Notes under the pieces: model-generated
Database searches by the model: none
The model's input: only the letters and a program-made list of their open reading frames with translations
Told to the model about the DNA's origin: nothing
Shown here: positions 25,147 to 38,118 of the stretch, piece after piece
Numbering within the stretch: position 1 is the first letter of the stretch
How the letters are laid out: each line of letters starts with the position of its first letter
Assembly (NCBI RefSeq): GCF_963921235.1
Contig: NC_086101.1
Location: 3,474,001-3,538,000, forward strand
DNA length: 64,000 bases
Source: Mobula hypostoma
Taxonomy: Eukaryota
Direction: 5' to 3'
Made by a program: the position numbers and the translations under genes

Positions 25147-27785
25147 GGGAACATAGGAACATACAAAACCTGCAGCACAATACAGGCCCTTTGGCCCACA
25201 AAGCTGTGCCAAACATGTCCTTACCTTAGAAATTACCTAGGGTTACCCACAGCCCTCAATTTTTCTAAGCTTCATGTACCTGTCCAAGAGTCTTTTAAAA
25301 GACCCTATCGTATCTGCCTCCACCACTGTCACCAGCAGCCCATTCCACGTACTCACCACTCTCTGAGTAAAAAAACTTACCCCTGACGCCTCCTCTGTAC
25401 CTACTTCCAAGCACCTTAAAACTGTGCCCTCTTGTGTTAGTCATTTCAGCCCTGGGGAAAAGCCTCTCGCTATCCACATGATCAATGCCTCTCATCGTCT
25501 TATACACCTCTATCAGGTCACCTCTCATCCTCCGTCACTCCAAGGAGAAAAGGCCGAGTTCACTCAACCTATTCTCATAAGATATGCTCCCCAATCCAGC
25601 CAACATCCTTGTAAATCTCCTCCGCACTCTTTCTATGGTTTCCACATCCTTCCTGTAGTCAGGTGACCAGAACTGAGGACAATGCTCCCAAGTGGGGTCT
25701 CACCAGGGTCCTATATAGCTGTAACATTACCTCTTGGCTCCTGAACTCAATCCCACGAAGGCCAATGCACTGTATGCTTTTTTAACCACGGAGTCAACCT
25801 GCAGCTTTGAGTGTCCTATGGACTCGGACCCCAAGATCCCTCTGATCCTCCACACTGCCAAGAGTCTTACCATTAATACTATATTCTGCCATCATATTTG
25901 ACCTACCAAAATGAACCACCTCACACTTATCTGGGTTAAACTCCATCTGCCACTTCTCAGCCCAGTTTTGCATCCTATCAATGTCCCGCTGTAACCTCTG
26001 ACAGCCCTCCACACTATCCACAACACCTCCAACCTTTGTGTCATCAACAAATTTACTAATCTACCCCTCCACTTCTTTATCCAAGTCATTTATAAAAATC
26101 CCAAAGAGTAGGGGTCCCAGAACAGATCCCTGAGGCACACCACTGGTCACCGACCTCCATGCAGAATATGACCCGTCTACAATCACTCTTTGCCTTCTGT
26201 GGGCAAGCCAGTTCTGGACCCACAAGGCAATGTCCCCTCGGGTCCCATGCTTCCTTACTTTCTCAATAAGCCTTGCATGGGGTATCTTATCAAATGCCTT
26301 GCTGAAATCCATATACACTACATCTACTGCTCTGCCGCCATCAATGTGTTTAGTCATATCCTCAAAAAAATTCAATCAGGCTTGTAAGGCACGACCTGCC
26401 TTTCACAAAGCCATGTTGGCTATTCCTAATCATATTATGCCTCTCCAAATGTTCATAAATCCTGCCTCTCAGGATCTTCTTCTTCAACTTACCAACCACT
26501 GAAGTAAAACTCACTGGTCTATAATTTCCTGGGCTATCTCTGCTCTCTTTCTTAAATAATGGAACGACATCCACAACCCTTCAATCCTCCGGAACCTCTC
26601 CCATCCCAATGAGGATGCAAAGATCATCGCCAGAGGCTCAGCAATCTCCTCCCTCGCCTCCCACAGTAGCCTTGGGTACATCTCGTCTGGTCCTGGAGAC
26701 TTATTCAACTTGATGCTTTCCAAAAGCTCCAGCACATCCTCTTTCTTAATATCTACATGCTCAAGCTTTTCAGTCCGCTGCAAGTCATCCCTACAATCGC
26801 CAAGATCCTTTTCTGTAGTGAATACTGAAGCAAAGTATTCATTAAGTACCTCTGCTATCTCTTCCGATTCCATACACACTTTTCCACTGTCTCACTTGAT
26901 TGGTCCTATTTTCTCACATGTTATCCTCTTGTTCTTCACATATTTGCAGAATGCCTTGGGGTTTTCCTTAATCCTGTCCACCAATGCCTTCTCATGGCCC
27001 CTTCTGACTCTCCTAATTTCTTTCTTAAGCTCCTTCTTGCTAGACTTATAATCTTCTAGATCTCTATCATTACCTAGTTTTTTGAACCTTTCCTAAGCTC
27101 TTCTTTTCTCCTTGACTAGATTTACAACAGCCTTTGTACACCACGGTTCCTGAACCCTACTATCCTTTCCCTGTCTCATCGGAATGTACCTATGCAGAAC
27201 TCCACGCAAATATCCCCTGAACATTTGCCACATTTCTTCCTTACGTTTTCCTGAGAACATCTGTTCCCAATTTATGCTTCCAAGTTCCTGCCTGGTAACC
27301 TCATATTTGCCCGTACTCCAATTAAACATTTTTCTAACTTGTCTGTTCCTATCCCTCTCCAATGCTATGGTAAAGGAGATAGAATTGTGATCACTATCTC
27401 CAAAATGCTCTCCCACTGAGATATCTGACACCTGACCAGGTTCATTTCCCAATACCAGATCAAGTACAGCCTCTCCTCTTGTAGGCTTATCTACATATTG
27501 TGTCAAGAAACCTTCCTGAACACAGCTAACAAACTCTATCCCATCTAAACCCCTCACTTGAGGGAGATGCCAATCAATATTTGGGAAATTAAAATCTCCC
27601 ACAACAACCCTGTTATTATTACTCCTTTCTAGAATCTGTCTCCCTATCTGCTCCTCGATGTCCCTGTTACTATTGGGTGGTCTATGAAAACACCCAGTAG
27701 AGTTATTGACCCCTTTCTGTTCCTAACTTCCACCCAAAGAGACTCCGTAGACAATCCCTCCACGTCGTCCTCCTTTTCTGCAGCT
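25147..27785 (-). mobile_element. 5'-truncated CR1 LINE (APE endonuclease + RT + 3' UTR), frameshifted
   Basis: [51 protein letters not shown] motifs in consecutive - strand ORFs. Confidence 0.93.
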
Positions 27786-28035
27786 GGACCTTGAAGGCCC
27801 ACACTCAATGATTCAGGAACAGCTTCTTCCTCTCTGCCTTCACCTTTCTGAACAGATGATGAACACTACCTTGCTATTGGTATGTGGTTGAAGGTCACAA
27901 GGGTTAGTGATGGCTGGAGGAGGGGAGCTGATGCTGGAGACCCCATGCCCTGATCTCACGGGTAGCAGAAGGGTTTGCGGTTCATGTAGCGGTTCATGAG
28001 GGGCAAAGTCTAACACACACTGTGTATTCTTACAG

Positions 28036-28246
28036 GAACGATCCGCCTGGACCGTCGGTCACCACGGCAACGCAGGAGCTACTGCGCCTGGCCGAGGGCA
28101 GCCCAGGCGGTATTGCCAGTCTGGACCCGGTCAGCGACCTGCAGCTAAAGGACCTGGACCTGGTGGAGGGCTACAGCAGAGCGCGCCAGCTGGAGGGCTC
28201 CCTCGGCACTTTCACCTGTGTCCACAGCCCCAAGTTCACCACCGAG
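28036..28246 (+). CDS. SKIC2: SKIC2 exon (NDPPGPSVTTATQELLRLAEG...CVHSPKFTTE)
   Basis: ttacag/gtag, 211 nt; LDPVSDLQLKD and CVHSP motifs. Confidence 0.94.
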
Positions 28247-28340
28247 GTAGATTTATGTTACTGACATACCTTGCACAGTTTGTTATCTTGTGGCTGCAGA
28301 ACTGTGCAATGTATAAAAATCACTGTACGTTACAATAGCT

Positions 28341-28525
28341 GGCCGGTGGGGTAGTGGCATCTGCACTGGACTTCGGGGTGAGTGGTCTTGGGTTCGAATC
28401 CAGGCGGCCCTTGCACGCTTTCCAGTCATACAGGGTTGAGCGTCAAGATAGCAACTCGGCCTCATAAAAAACACGTACTGAAGGGATGGCAGGGTTACCA
28501 CCCGATGTACCACAAGGCACAGAGA
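28341..28525 (+). mobile_element. tRNA-derived SINE (head resembles tRNA-Arg(TCG))
   Basis: Box A tggggtagtgg 28347, box B ggttcgaatcc 28391, gacttcgg anticodon-like loop, ggccg/cggcc acceptor-like stem. Confidence 0.7.
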
Positions 28526-29514
28526 GAATCAACACACAGTTACAATAAGTCGTGTGGGGGGAAAAGGAAAAATATTGAGATTGTGCATAGATCGATCAGA
28601 AATCTGATGGCAGAGGGGAAGAAGCTATTCTTGAAATGTTGAGTGTGTGCCTTCAGGCGCCAGTCCCTCCTCCCTGATGAGAAGAGGGCATGTCCTGGGT
28701 AATGGGGGTCCTTCATGACGGATGTCATCTTCCTGGGGCATCGCCATTTGAAGATGTCCTGGATCTGGGGAGGCTAGTCCCCGTTATGGAGTTGGCTGTG
28801 TTTACAACTTTCTACAGCTCTTTCCGATCCTCCCCCCGATCACTCTGTCACCCTCCTGTCCATGCTCTTTGCTTCTCTAGCTGACCCCTCCTACCTATCC
28901 CTCATCAGTAGAACTCCCACCCCTCCTTGCTGTGCATCCCACCCCCCCGTGACCCTACTGTCAAAGTAACTCATCACCAAAAACAAAACAAATCCCAGGG
29001 AGTGTGGGGTGGTGTAGAAACCCAGGGGCAGGGCAAGGTGGGGGCAGAGGAGATCTCAGGGTGTGGTGGGGTGACCATGGAGGGAGGGGAAGAATGGGAG
29101 GGGTGATAGAGCTCCCGAGTGACTTTCTCTCCCTCTCTCCTTCTGACTCCATGTCTCACCCATGTTCTGTCCCTGTCTCTGTTTCTCTCTCTCTTCTCCT
29201 TCCTGTCTGTTTGTCTGGCTCTCTATTTTCCACTGTTTTCCCATCTCTTTGACTCTTTCTTCTCTCTCTCCTTTTGCCACTCTGCCCCCGTTTCTGCCTC
29301 CCTGCCTCTCCCATCTGCCTTTCTCTCCCCCTGTCTCTGTTTCTCTCTCCCCTTCCTGTCTTCTCTCTGTCACTCCATCTCTCTCCCACTCTTTCTGTCT
29401 CCGTTTCTATCTCTGTCCCCTTCCGTTTCCCCATCTTCGTCTGTCTCTCTCCCTCTGTCCCCCGGCCCTGCTCCCCTCCTTTTCATTTCCGGCCCTCCCC
29501 TCCCTCTGCCGCAG

Positions 29515-29625
29515 TACGTACGGATGCAACAGCGGATGGTGATGAAGGAGGAGCTGGAGCGACTGCGGTTCCTTTTGTCCGACCAGAGCCTGGTCTTACT
29601 GCCTGAGTACCAGCAGCGCGTGGAG
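29515..29625 (+). CDS. SKIC2: SKIC2 exon ([37 protein letters not shown])
   Basis: long polypyrimidine tract plus gcag; gtgggt donor; 111 nt. Confidence 0.95.
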
Positions 29626-32115
29626 GTGGGTGTAGTGCTGGGGATGGGCAGGGCGGAGGGTGGGTGTAGTAACGGGGGAGCAGGGCAGAGGGTGGGTGTA
29701 GTACTGGGGGAGCAGGGCAGAGGGTGGGTGTAGTACTGGGGGAGCAGGGCAGAGGGTGGGTGTAGTACCGGAGGAGCAGGGCAGAGGCTGGGCGTAGTGC
29801 CGGGGGTGGGCAGGGCAGAGGGTGGGTGTAGTGCCGGGGGTGGGCAGGGCAGAGGGTGGGTGTAGTACTGGGGGAGCAGGGCAGAGGGTGGGTGTAGTGC
29901 CGGGGGAGCAGGGCAGAGGCTGGGCGTAGTGCCGGGGGTGGGCAGGGCAGAGGGTGGGTGTAGTGCCGGGGGAGCAGTGGGTGGGTGTAGTACGGGGGGG
30001 AGGGCAGGGCAAAGGGTGGTGTAGTACCGGGGAGCAGAGGGTGGGTGTAGTGCCGGGGGTGGGCAGGGCAGAGGGTGAGTGTAGTGCCGGGGGAGCAGAG
30101 GGTGGGTATGGTACTGGGGGTGGGCAGGGCGGAGGGTGGGTGTAGTACTGGGGGTGGGCAGGGCGGAGGGTGGGTGTAGTGCCGGGGCTGGGCAGGGCGG
30201 AGGGTGGGTGTAGTGCCGGGGGAGGGCAGGGCAGAGGGTGGGTGTAGTGCCGGGGCAGGGCAGAACAGAGGGTGGGTGTAGTACCAGGGGAGCAGAGGGT
30301 GGGTGTAGTGCCAGGGGTGGGCAGGGCAGAGGGTGAGTGTAGTACCGGGGGAGCAGAGGGTGGGTGTAGTACTGGGGGTGGGCAGGGCAGAGGGTGGGTG
30401 TAGTACCAGGGGTGGGCAGGGCAGAGGGTGGGTGTAGTACCAGGGGTGGGCAGGGCAGAGGGTGGGTGTAGTGCCGGGGGAGCAGAAGGTGGGCGTAGTG
30501 CCGGGGGTGGGCAGGGCGGAGGGTGGGTGTAGTGCCGGGGGTGGGCAGGGCGGAGGGTGGGCGTGGTACCGGGGGAGCAGAGGCTGGGTGTAGTGCCGGG
30601 GGTGGGCAGGGCAGAGGGTGGGTGCAGTGCCGGGGGTGAGCAGGGCAGAGGGTGGGTGTAGTGCCGGGGGTGAGCAGGGCAGAGGGTGGGTGTAGTGCCG
30701 GGGGAGCAGAGGGTGGGTGTAGTGCCGGGGGTGAGCAGGGCGGAGGGTGGGTGTAGTGCCGGGGGTGAGCAGGGCAGAGGGTGGGTGTAGTGCCGGGGGA
30801 GCAGAGGGTGGGTGTAGTGCCGGGGGTGGGCAGGGCAGAGGGTGGGTGTAGTGCCGGGGGAGCAGATGGTGGGTGTAGTGCCGGGGGTGGGCAGGGCAGA
30901 GGGTGGGTGTAGTACCGGGGGTGGGCAGGGCGGAGGGTGGGTGTAGTACCGGGGGTGGGCAGGGCGGAGGGTGGGTGTAGTACCGGGGGAGCAGAGGGTG
31001 GGTTTAGTGCCGGGGGTGTGCAGGGCGGAGGGTGGGTGTAGTGCCGGGGGTGGGCAGGGCGGAGGGTGGGTGTAGTACGGGGGGGCAGAGAGTGGGTGTA
31101 GTGCCGGGGGTGGGCAGGGTGGAGGGTGGGTGTAGTGCCGGGGGTGGGCAGGGCGGAGGGTGGGTGTAGTACCGGGGGAGCAGAGGGTGGGTGTAGTACC
31201 GGGGGTGGGCAGGGCGGAGGGTAGGTGTAGTACCGGGGGAGCAGAGGGTGGGTGTAGTGCCGGGGGTGGGCAGGGTGGAGGGTGGGTGCAGTGCCGGGGG
31301 TGAGCAGGGCAGAGGGTGGGTGTAGTGCCGGGGGTGAGCAGGGCAGAGGGTGGGTGTAGTGTCGGGGGAGCAGAGGGTGGGTGTAGTGCCGGGGGTGAGC
31401 AGGACGGAGGGTGGGTGTAGTGCCGGGGGTGAGCAGGGCAGAGGGTGGGTGTAGTGCCGGGGGAGCAGAGGGTGGGTGTAGTGCCGGGGGTGGGCAGGGC
31501 AGAGGGTGGGTGTAGTGCCGGGGGAGCAGATGGTGGGTGTAGTGCCGGGGGTGGGCAGGGCAGAGGGTGGGTGTAGTACCGGGGGTGGGCAGGGCGGAGG
31601 GTGGGTGTAGTACCGGGGGTGGGCAGGGCGGAGGGTGGGTGTAGTACCGGGGGAGCAGAGGGTGGGTGTAGTGCCGGGGGTGGGCAGGGCGGAGAGTGGG
31701 TGTAGTGCCGGGGGTGGGCAGGGCGGAGGGTGGGTGTAGTGCCGGGGGTGGGCAGGGCGGAGGGTGGGGGTAGTACGGGGGGGCAGAGAGTGGGTGTAGT
31801 GCCGGGGGTGGGCAGGGCGGAGGGTGGGTGTAGTACCGGGGGAGCAGAGGGTGGGTGTAGTGCCGGGGGTGGGCAGGGCGGAGGGTGGGTGTAGTGCCGG
31901 GGTTGGGCAGGGCGGAGGGTGGGTGTAGTGCCGGGGGTGGGCAGGGCCGAGGGTGGGTGTAGTGCCGGGGGTGGGCAGGGCGGAAGGTGGGTGTAGTGCC
32001 GGGGGTGGGCAGGGCGGAGGGTGGGTGTAGTACCAGGGGAGCAGAGGGTGGGTGTAGTGCCAGGGGTGGGCAGGGCGGAGGGTAGGTGTAGTACCCGGGG
32101 TGGGCAGGGCAGGGT
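29626..32115. repeat. 2.5-kb G-rich minisatellite (34/27-bp variants, gagggtgggtgtagtgccgggggtgggcagggc)
   Basis: Direct reading; begins at the exon donor. Confidence 0.97.
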
Positions 32116-32141
32116 GATGGGAGTACAAGTGCGGGGAAAGT

Positions 32142-32188
<47 letters not shown>

Positions 32189-32439
32189 TCACTGGAACAT
32201 TTTTGGGGGGTGGTGAGCTGTGTTGGAGGGGAGGAGAAGCCCTGATGTGGAGTCGGAGGGCACCAGAGGTGTGTTTGAGCGTGGGGAGTGAGGCATTTTT
32301 GGGTGAGGTAGTGGGTGGGGTTGAAAACAAAGCTAACCCTCGTGTCCTGCACCCTTGCGCCCTTCCCCTCCCCCCCGGTTCCCTCCCCCCTCCTCACTGC
32401 CCCAACCCCACCACCTCTTCCCCAACCCCTCCTGCTCAG

Positions 32440-32658
32440 GTGCTGAAGAGGCTCAGGTACATTGACAGTAGTTGTGCAGTGCAGTTGAAGGGCCGAGTGG
32501 CCTGTGAAATCAGTAACCACGAGCTGATCGTCACGGAGATGGTCCTGGAGAATGTGCTGACGGAGCTGCAGCCTGAGGAGATCGTCTCACTGCTCTCCTG
32601 CCTTGTCTTCCAGCAGAAAACACAAGTGGAACCTGAACTCAGCGAGACCTTGCAAAGG
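32440..32658 (+). CDS. SKIC2: SKIC2 exon (VLKRLRYIDSSCAVQLKGRVACEISNHELIVTEMVLENV...SETLQR), start of C-terminal helical (DSHCT) domain
   Basis: ctcag/gtgaga, 219 nt; KGRVACEI motif. Confidence 0.96.
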
Positions 32659-32674
32659 GTGAGAGGGGGTGACC

Positions 32675-33460
32675 CCGGCAGAGGTGGGGAAAGGGGGAAG
32701 GGAGAGGTCGGATACTGGCAGAGGTGGGGAAAGGGGGAAGGGAGAGGTCGGATACTGGCAGAGGTGGGGAATGGGGGGGAAGGGAGGGGTCGGACACTGG
32801 CAGAGGTGGGGAATGGGGGAAGGGAGGGGTCGGATACTGGCAGAGGTGGGGAAAGGGGGAAGGGAGAGGTCGGATACTGGCAGAGGTGGGGAATGGGGGG
32901 GAAGGGAGGGGTCGGACACTGGCAGAGGTGGGGAATGGGGGAAGGGAGGGGTCGGATACTGGCAGAGGTGGGGAAAGGGGGTAGGGAGAGGTCGGATACT
33001 GGCAGAGGTGGGAGAAAGGGGGGAAGGGAGGGATCGGACCCCGGCAGCAGTGGGAGAAAGGGGGGAAGGGAGGGGTCGGACACTGGCAGAGGTGGGGGAA
33101 GGGGGGAAGGGAGGGGTCGGACACTGGCAGAGGTGGGGGAAGGGGGGAAGGGAGGGATTGGACACTGGCAGAGGTGGGAGAAGGGGGGAGGGGAGGGGTC
33201 GGACCCAGGCAGAGGTGAGGAAAGGGGGGAAGGGAGGGATCGGACCCCTGCAGAGGTGGGAGAAAGGGGGAGAGGGAGGGGTCGGACACTGGGAGAGGTG
33301 GGGGAAGGGGGGAAGGGAGGGGTCGGACGCTGGCAGAGGTGGGAGAAAGGGGGAGAGGGAGGGGTCGGACACTGGGAGAGGTGGGGGAAGGGGGGAAGGG
33401 AGGGGTCGGACGCTGGCAGAGGTGGGGGAAGGGAGGGTTGGACACTGGCAGATAGGGGAA
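32675..33460. repeat. ~41-bp G-rich minisatellite (ggcagaggtggggaaagggggaagggagaggtcggatact)
   Basis: Direct reading. Confidence 0.95.
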
Positions 33461-33845
33461 GGGAAGGTACGTACACCGGTAGAGGGGGAAAAGGGTGGAC
33501 TGTGGCGGACGGGGGGTAAAAGGATGACAGACCCTGACAGAGCAGTAACGGAACCAGGCAGAGCTGTGTGCGAAGAGGAAGACAAATTCCAGTGGCGGTG
33601 GGAAAGAGGGGAGAAGGGACCGAGGCTGATGGACCCCAGTGCAGTGAGGGAAGGTGTTCCCGGCAGAGAGATGGTGGGGATGGACCCAGGCAAGTGCAGA
33701 TAGGAAAGAACAGAAGTCGTCCCCTCGTCTGCTCTCTGCCTGACTAAGCACAGCCATGTCCAGCTCAGGTAGTTCTGTTAACAGGTGGGACTGACGGTCA
33801 GGCAGTGGGACGGTGGGCTGGAATGACCATTTGCTGCCCGCGCAG

Positions 33846-33986
33846 GGCGTGGAGCGGATCCGGGGCGTGGCGGAGCGGATTGCTGTGTTGCAGCGTGAGT
33901 GTGGCCTCAGAGAGTCGGTGGAGGATTTTGTTGACCAGTTCAAATTCGGCCTGGTGGAGGTGGTGTACGAGTGGGCACGGGGTCTG
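33846..33986 (+). CDS. SKIC2: SKIC2 exon (GVERIRGVAERIAVLQRECGLRESVEDFVDQFKFGLVEVVYEWARGL)
   Basis: cgcag/gtgagt, 141 nt; FGLVEVVYEWARG motif. Confidence 0.96.
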
Positions 33987-34164
33987 GTGAGTATTGTCGT
34001 GGGTCTCCACGGCTCTGCCACACAGGATGAACTAGGGAGATGGTTGACCGACAACCCCTCTCCATCCGACACACTTGTTCAAACCACTCTTGGCATGACA
34101 CCCTCACACACCCACACCTCCCTATCCTTGTAAAACCCTCCTTGTCTATATAATGGCCTTAAGA

Positions 34165-36075
34165 CCCTCTGTCTCTGTGACCCTTCTCTGGCCCCTAGGC
34201 ACCTCCCCGTCTCTGTGACACCCCACCTTGGCCCCTAGGCACCTCCCCGTCTCTGTGACCCTTCTCTGGCCCCTAGGCACCTCCCCGTCTCTGTGACCCT
34301 TCTCTGGCCCCTAGGCACCTCCCCGTCTCTGTGACCCTTCTCTGGCCCCTAGGCACCTCCCCGTCTCTGTGACCCTTCTCTGGCCCCTAGGCACCTCCCC
34401 GTCTCTGTGACACCCCACCTTGGCCCCTAGGCACCTCCCCGTCTCTGTGACACCCCACCTTGGCCCCTAGGCACCTCCCTGTCTCTGTGACACCCCACCT
34501 TGGCCCCTAGGCACCTCCCTGTCTCTGTGACACTCCACCTTGGCCCCTAGGCACCTCCCTGTCTCTGTGACCCTTCTCTGGCCCCTAGGCACCTCCCCGT
34601 CTCTGTGACCCTTCTCTGGCCCCTAGGCACCTCCCCGTCTCTGTGACACCCCACCTTGGCCCCTAGGCACCTCCCCGTCTCTGTGACACCCCACCTTGGC
34701 CCCTAGGCACCTCCCCGTCTCTGTGACACCCCACCTTGGCCCCTAGGCACCTCCCCGTCTCTGTGACACCCCACCTTGGCCCCTAGGCACCTCCCCGTCT
34801 CTGTGACACCCCACCTTGGCCCCTAGGCACCTCCCCTTCTCTGTGACCCTTCTCTGGCCCCTAGGCACCTCCCCGTCTCTGTGACACCCCACCTTGGCCC
34901 CTAGGCACCTCCCCGTCTCTGTGACACCCCACCTTGGCCCCTAGGCACCTCCCTGTCTCTGTGACACCCCACCTTGGCCCCTAGGCACCTCCCTGTCTCT
35001 GTGACACTCCACCTTGGCCCCTAGGCACCTCCCTGTCTCTGTGACCCTTCTCTGGCCCCTAGGCACCTCCCCGTCTCTGTGACACCCCACCTTGGCCCCT
35101 AGGCACCTCCCCGTCTCTGTGACACCCCACCTTGGCCCCTAGGCATCTCCCCGTCTCTGTGACACCCCACCTTGGCCCCTAGGCACCTCCCCGTCTCTGT
35201 GACACCCCACCTTGGCCCCTAGGCACCTCCCCGTCTCTGTGACCCTTCTCTGGCCCCTAGGCACCTCCCCGTCTCTGTGACACCCCACCTTGGCCCCTAG
35301 GCACCTCCCTGTCTCTGTGACACTCCACCTTGGCCCCTAGGCACCTCCCTGTCTCTGTGACCCTTCTCTGGCCCCTAGGCACCTCCCCGTCTCTGTGACA
35401 CCCCACCTTGGCCCCTAGGCACCTCCCCGTCTCTGTGACACCCCACCTTGGCCCCTAGGCACCTCCCCGTCTCTGTGACACCCCACCTTGGCCCCTAGGC
35501 ACCTCCCCGTCTCTGTGACCCTTCTCTGGCCCCTAGGCACCTCCCCGTCTCTGTGACACCCCACCTTGGCCCCTAGGCACCTCCCTGTCTCTGTGACACC
35601 CCACCTTGGCCCCTAGGCACCTCCCTGTCTCTGTGACACCCCACCTTGGCCCCTAGGCACCTCCCTGTCTCTGTGACACTCCACCTTGGCCCCTAGGCAC
35701 CTCCCTGTCTCTGTGACCCTTCTCTGGCCCCTAGGCACCTCCCCGTCTCTGTGACACCCCACCTTGGCCCCTAGGCACCTCCCCGTCTCTGTGACACCCC
35801 ACCTTGGCCCCTAGGCACCTCCCCGTCTCTGTGACACCCCACCTTGGCCCCTAGGCACCTCCCCGTCTCTGTGACACCCCACCTTGGCCCCTAGGCACCT
35901 CCCCGTCTCTGTGACACCCCACCTTGGCCCCTAGGCACCTCCCCGTCTCTGTGACCCTTCTCTGGCCCCTAGGCACCTCCCCGTCTCTGTGACACCCCAC
36001 CTTGGCCCCTAGGCACCTCCCCGTCTCTGTGACACCCCCCGCCATGGCCCCAAGGCACCTCCCCGTCTCTGTGAC
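34165..36075. repeat. 38/40-bp minisatellite (ggcccctaggcacctccccgtctctgtgac + accccacctt or ccttctct)
   Basis: Direct reading; degenerate units resume at about 40297-40380. Confidence 0.97.
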
Positions 36076-36212
36076 AAATTTTTTGAGGATGTGACTGAAC
36101 ATGTTGATGATGGGCAAACACAAGGAAATCTGCAGATGCTGGAATTTCAAGCAACACACATCAAAGTTGCTGGTGAACGCAACAGGCCAGGCAGCATCTC
36201 GAGGAAGAGGTA

Positions 36213-36250
36213 CAGTCGACGTTTCAGGCCGAGACCCTTCGTCAGGACTG
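36213..36250 (-). ncRNA. Minimal type I hammerhead ribozyme motif, intact
   Basis: CAGUC-CUGACGA-A-GGGU(CUCG)GCCU-GAAA-CGUC-GACUG: 5-bp stem I, stem II, palindromic ACGU stem III, GUC cleavage triplet. Confidence 0.8.
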
Positions 36251-38080
36251 ACTGAAGGAAGAGTTAGTAAGAGATTTGAAAGTGGGAGGGGGAGGGGGAG
36301 ATCCAAAATGATAGGAGAAGACGGGAGGGGGAGGGATGGAGCCAAGAGCTGGACAGGTGATTGGCAAAGGGGATATGAGAGGATCATGGGACAGGAGGCT
36401 CAGGGAGAAAGAAAGAGGGAGGGGGGAAAAAACCCAGAGGATGGGCAAGGGGTATAGTCAGAGGGACAGAGGTAGAAAAAGGAGAGAGAGAAAAAGAAGA
36501 CCTCACCAGTTCTCCTCTACCACCACTCTGCTCCGTCTAGCGGAATTAGTCCTTACTCTTAATAATTTCTCCTTTGGCTCCTCCCACTTCCTCCAAGCTA
36601 AAGCTGTAGCCATGGGCACCCATATGGGTCCCAGCTATGCCTGCCTTTTTGTTGGCTTTGTGGAACAATCTATGTTCCGTGCCTATTCTGGTATCTGTCC
36701 CCCACTTTTCCTTCACTACATCGACGACTGCATTGGCGCTGCTTCCTGCACGCATGCAGAACTCGTTGACTTCATTAACTTTGCCTCCACCTTTCACCCT
36801 GCCCTCAAGTTTACCTGGTCCATTTCCGACACCTCCCTCCCCTTTCTAGATCTTTCTGTCTCTGTCTCTGGAGACAGCTTATCCACTGATGTCTACTATA
36901 AACCTACTGACTCTCACAGCTATCTGGACTATTCCTCTTCTCACCTTGTATCTTGCAAAAATGCCATCCCCTTCTCGCAATTCCTCAGTCTCCGCCGCAT
37001 CTGCTCTCAGGATGAGGCTTTTCATTCCAGGACGACGGAGATATCCTCCTTTTTTAAAGAAAGGGGCTTCGCTTCCTCCACTATCAACTCTGCCCTCAAA
37101 CGCATCTCCCCCATTTCACGCACATCTGCTCTCACTCCATCCTCCCGCCACCCCACTAGGAATAGGGTTCCCCTTGTCCTCACCTACCACCCCACTATCC
37201 TCCAGGTCCAACATATAATTCTCTGTAACTTCCGCCACCGCCAACGGGATCCCACCACTAAACACATCTTTCCCTCCCCCCTCCCCCCCGCTTTCCGCAG
37301 GGATCGCTCCCTACGCGACTCCCTTGTCCAATCGTCCCCCCCCTTCCCTCCCCACTGATCTCCCTCCTGGCACTTATCCGTGTAAGCGGAACAAGTGCTA
37401 CACATGCCCTTACACTTCCTCCCTTACCACCATTCAGGGCCCCAGACAGTCCTTCCAGGTGAGGCGACACTTCACCTGTGAGTCGGCTGGGGTGATATAC
37501 TGCGTCCGGTGCTCCCGATGTGGCCTTCTATATATTGGCGAGACCCAACGCAGACTGGGAGACCATTTCGCTGAACACCTACGCTCTGTCCGCCAGAGAA
37601 AGCAGGATCTCCCAGTGGCCACACATTTTAATTCCACATCCCATTCCCATTCTGACATGTCCATCCACGGCCTCCTGTACTGTAAAGATGAAGCCACACT
37701 CAGATTGGAGGAACAACACCTTATATTCCGTCTGGGTAGCCTCCAATCTGATGGCATGAATATTGACTTCTCTAACTTTAGTTAATGCCCCAGCTCCCCC
37801 TCGTACCCCATCCGTTATTTATTTTTACACACACATTCTTTCTCTCACTCTCCTTTTTCTCCCTCTGTCCCTCTGAATATACCCCTTGCCCATCCTCTGG
37901 GTTTCCCTCCTCCCCCTTTCTTTCTCCCTGGGCCTCCTGTCCCATGATCCTCTCATATCCCTTTTGCCAATCAACTGTCCAGCTCTTGGCTCCATCCCAC
38001 CCCCTCCTGTCTTCTCCTATCATTTTGGATCTCCCCCTCCCCCTCCCACTTTCAAATGGCTTACTAACTCTTCCTTCAGT

Positions 38081-38118
38081 TAGTCCTGAGAAAGGGTCTC
38101 GACCTGAAACGTCGACTG
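38081..38118 (+). ncRNA. Hammerhead motif with disrupted core (CUGAGAA); identical copy at 38821-38858
   Basis: UAGUC-CUGAGAA-A-GGGU(CUCG)ACCU-GAAA-CGUC-GACUG. Confidence 0.65.

Noticed and set aside
28341..28410. Functional tRNA gene
   Set aside because: Anticodon and D stems do not pair well; continues into a SINE-like body
29370..33703. Long Pro-rich or Gly-rich ORFs, including 32146..33519
   Set aside because: Minisatellite translations; only the embedded SKIC2 exons are real coding sequence
35851..36457. Recurrent ORF SPDEGSRPETSTVPLPRDAAWP (also at 37785, 38633 and 57194)
   Set aside because: Translation of the Penelope terminal repeat and hammerhead, not a protein family
36336..37785. 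Active autonomous Penelope element
   Set aside because: RT is 5'-truncated and frameshifted near 37340
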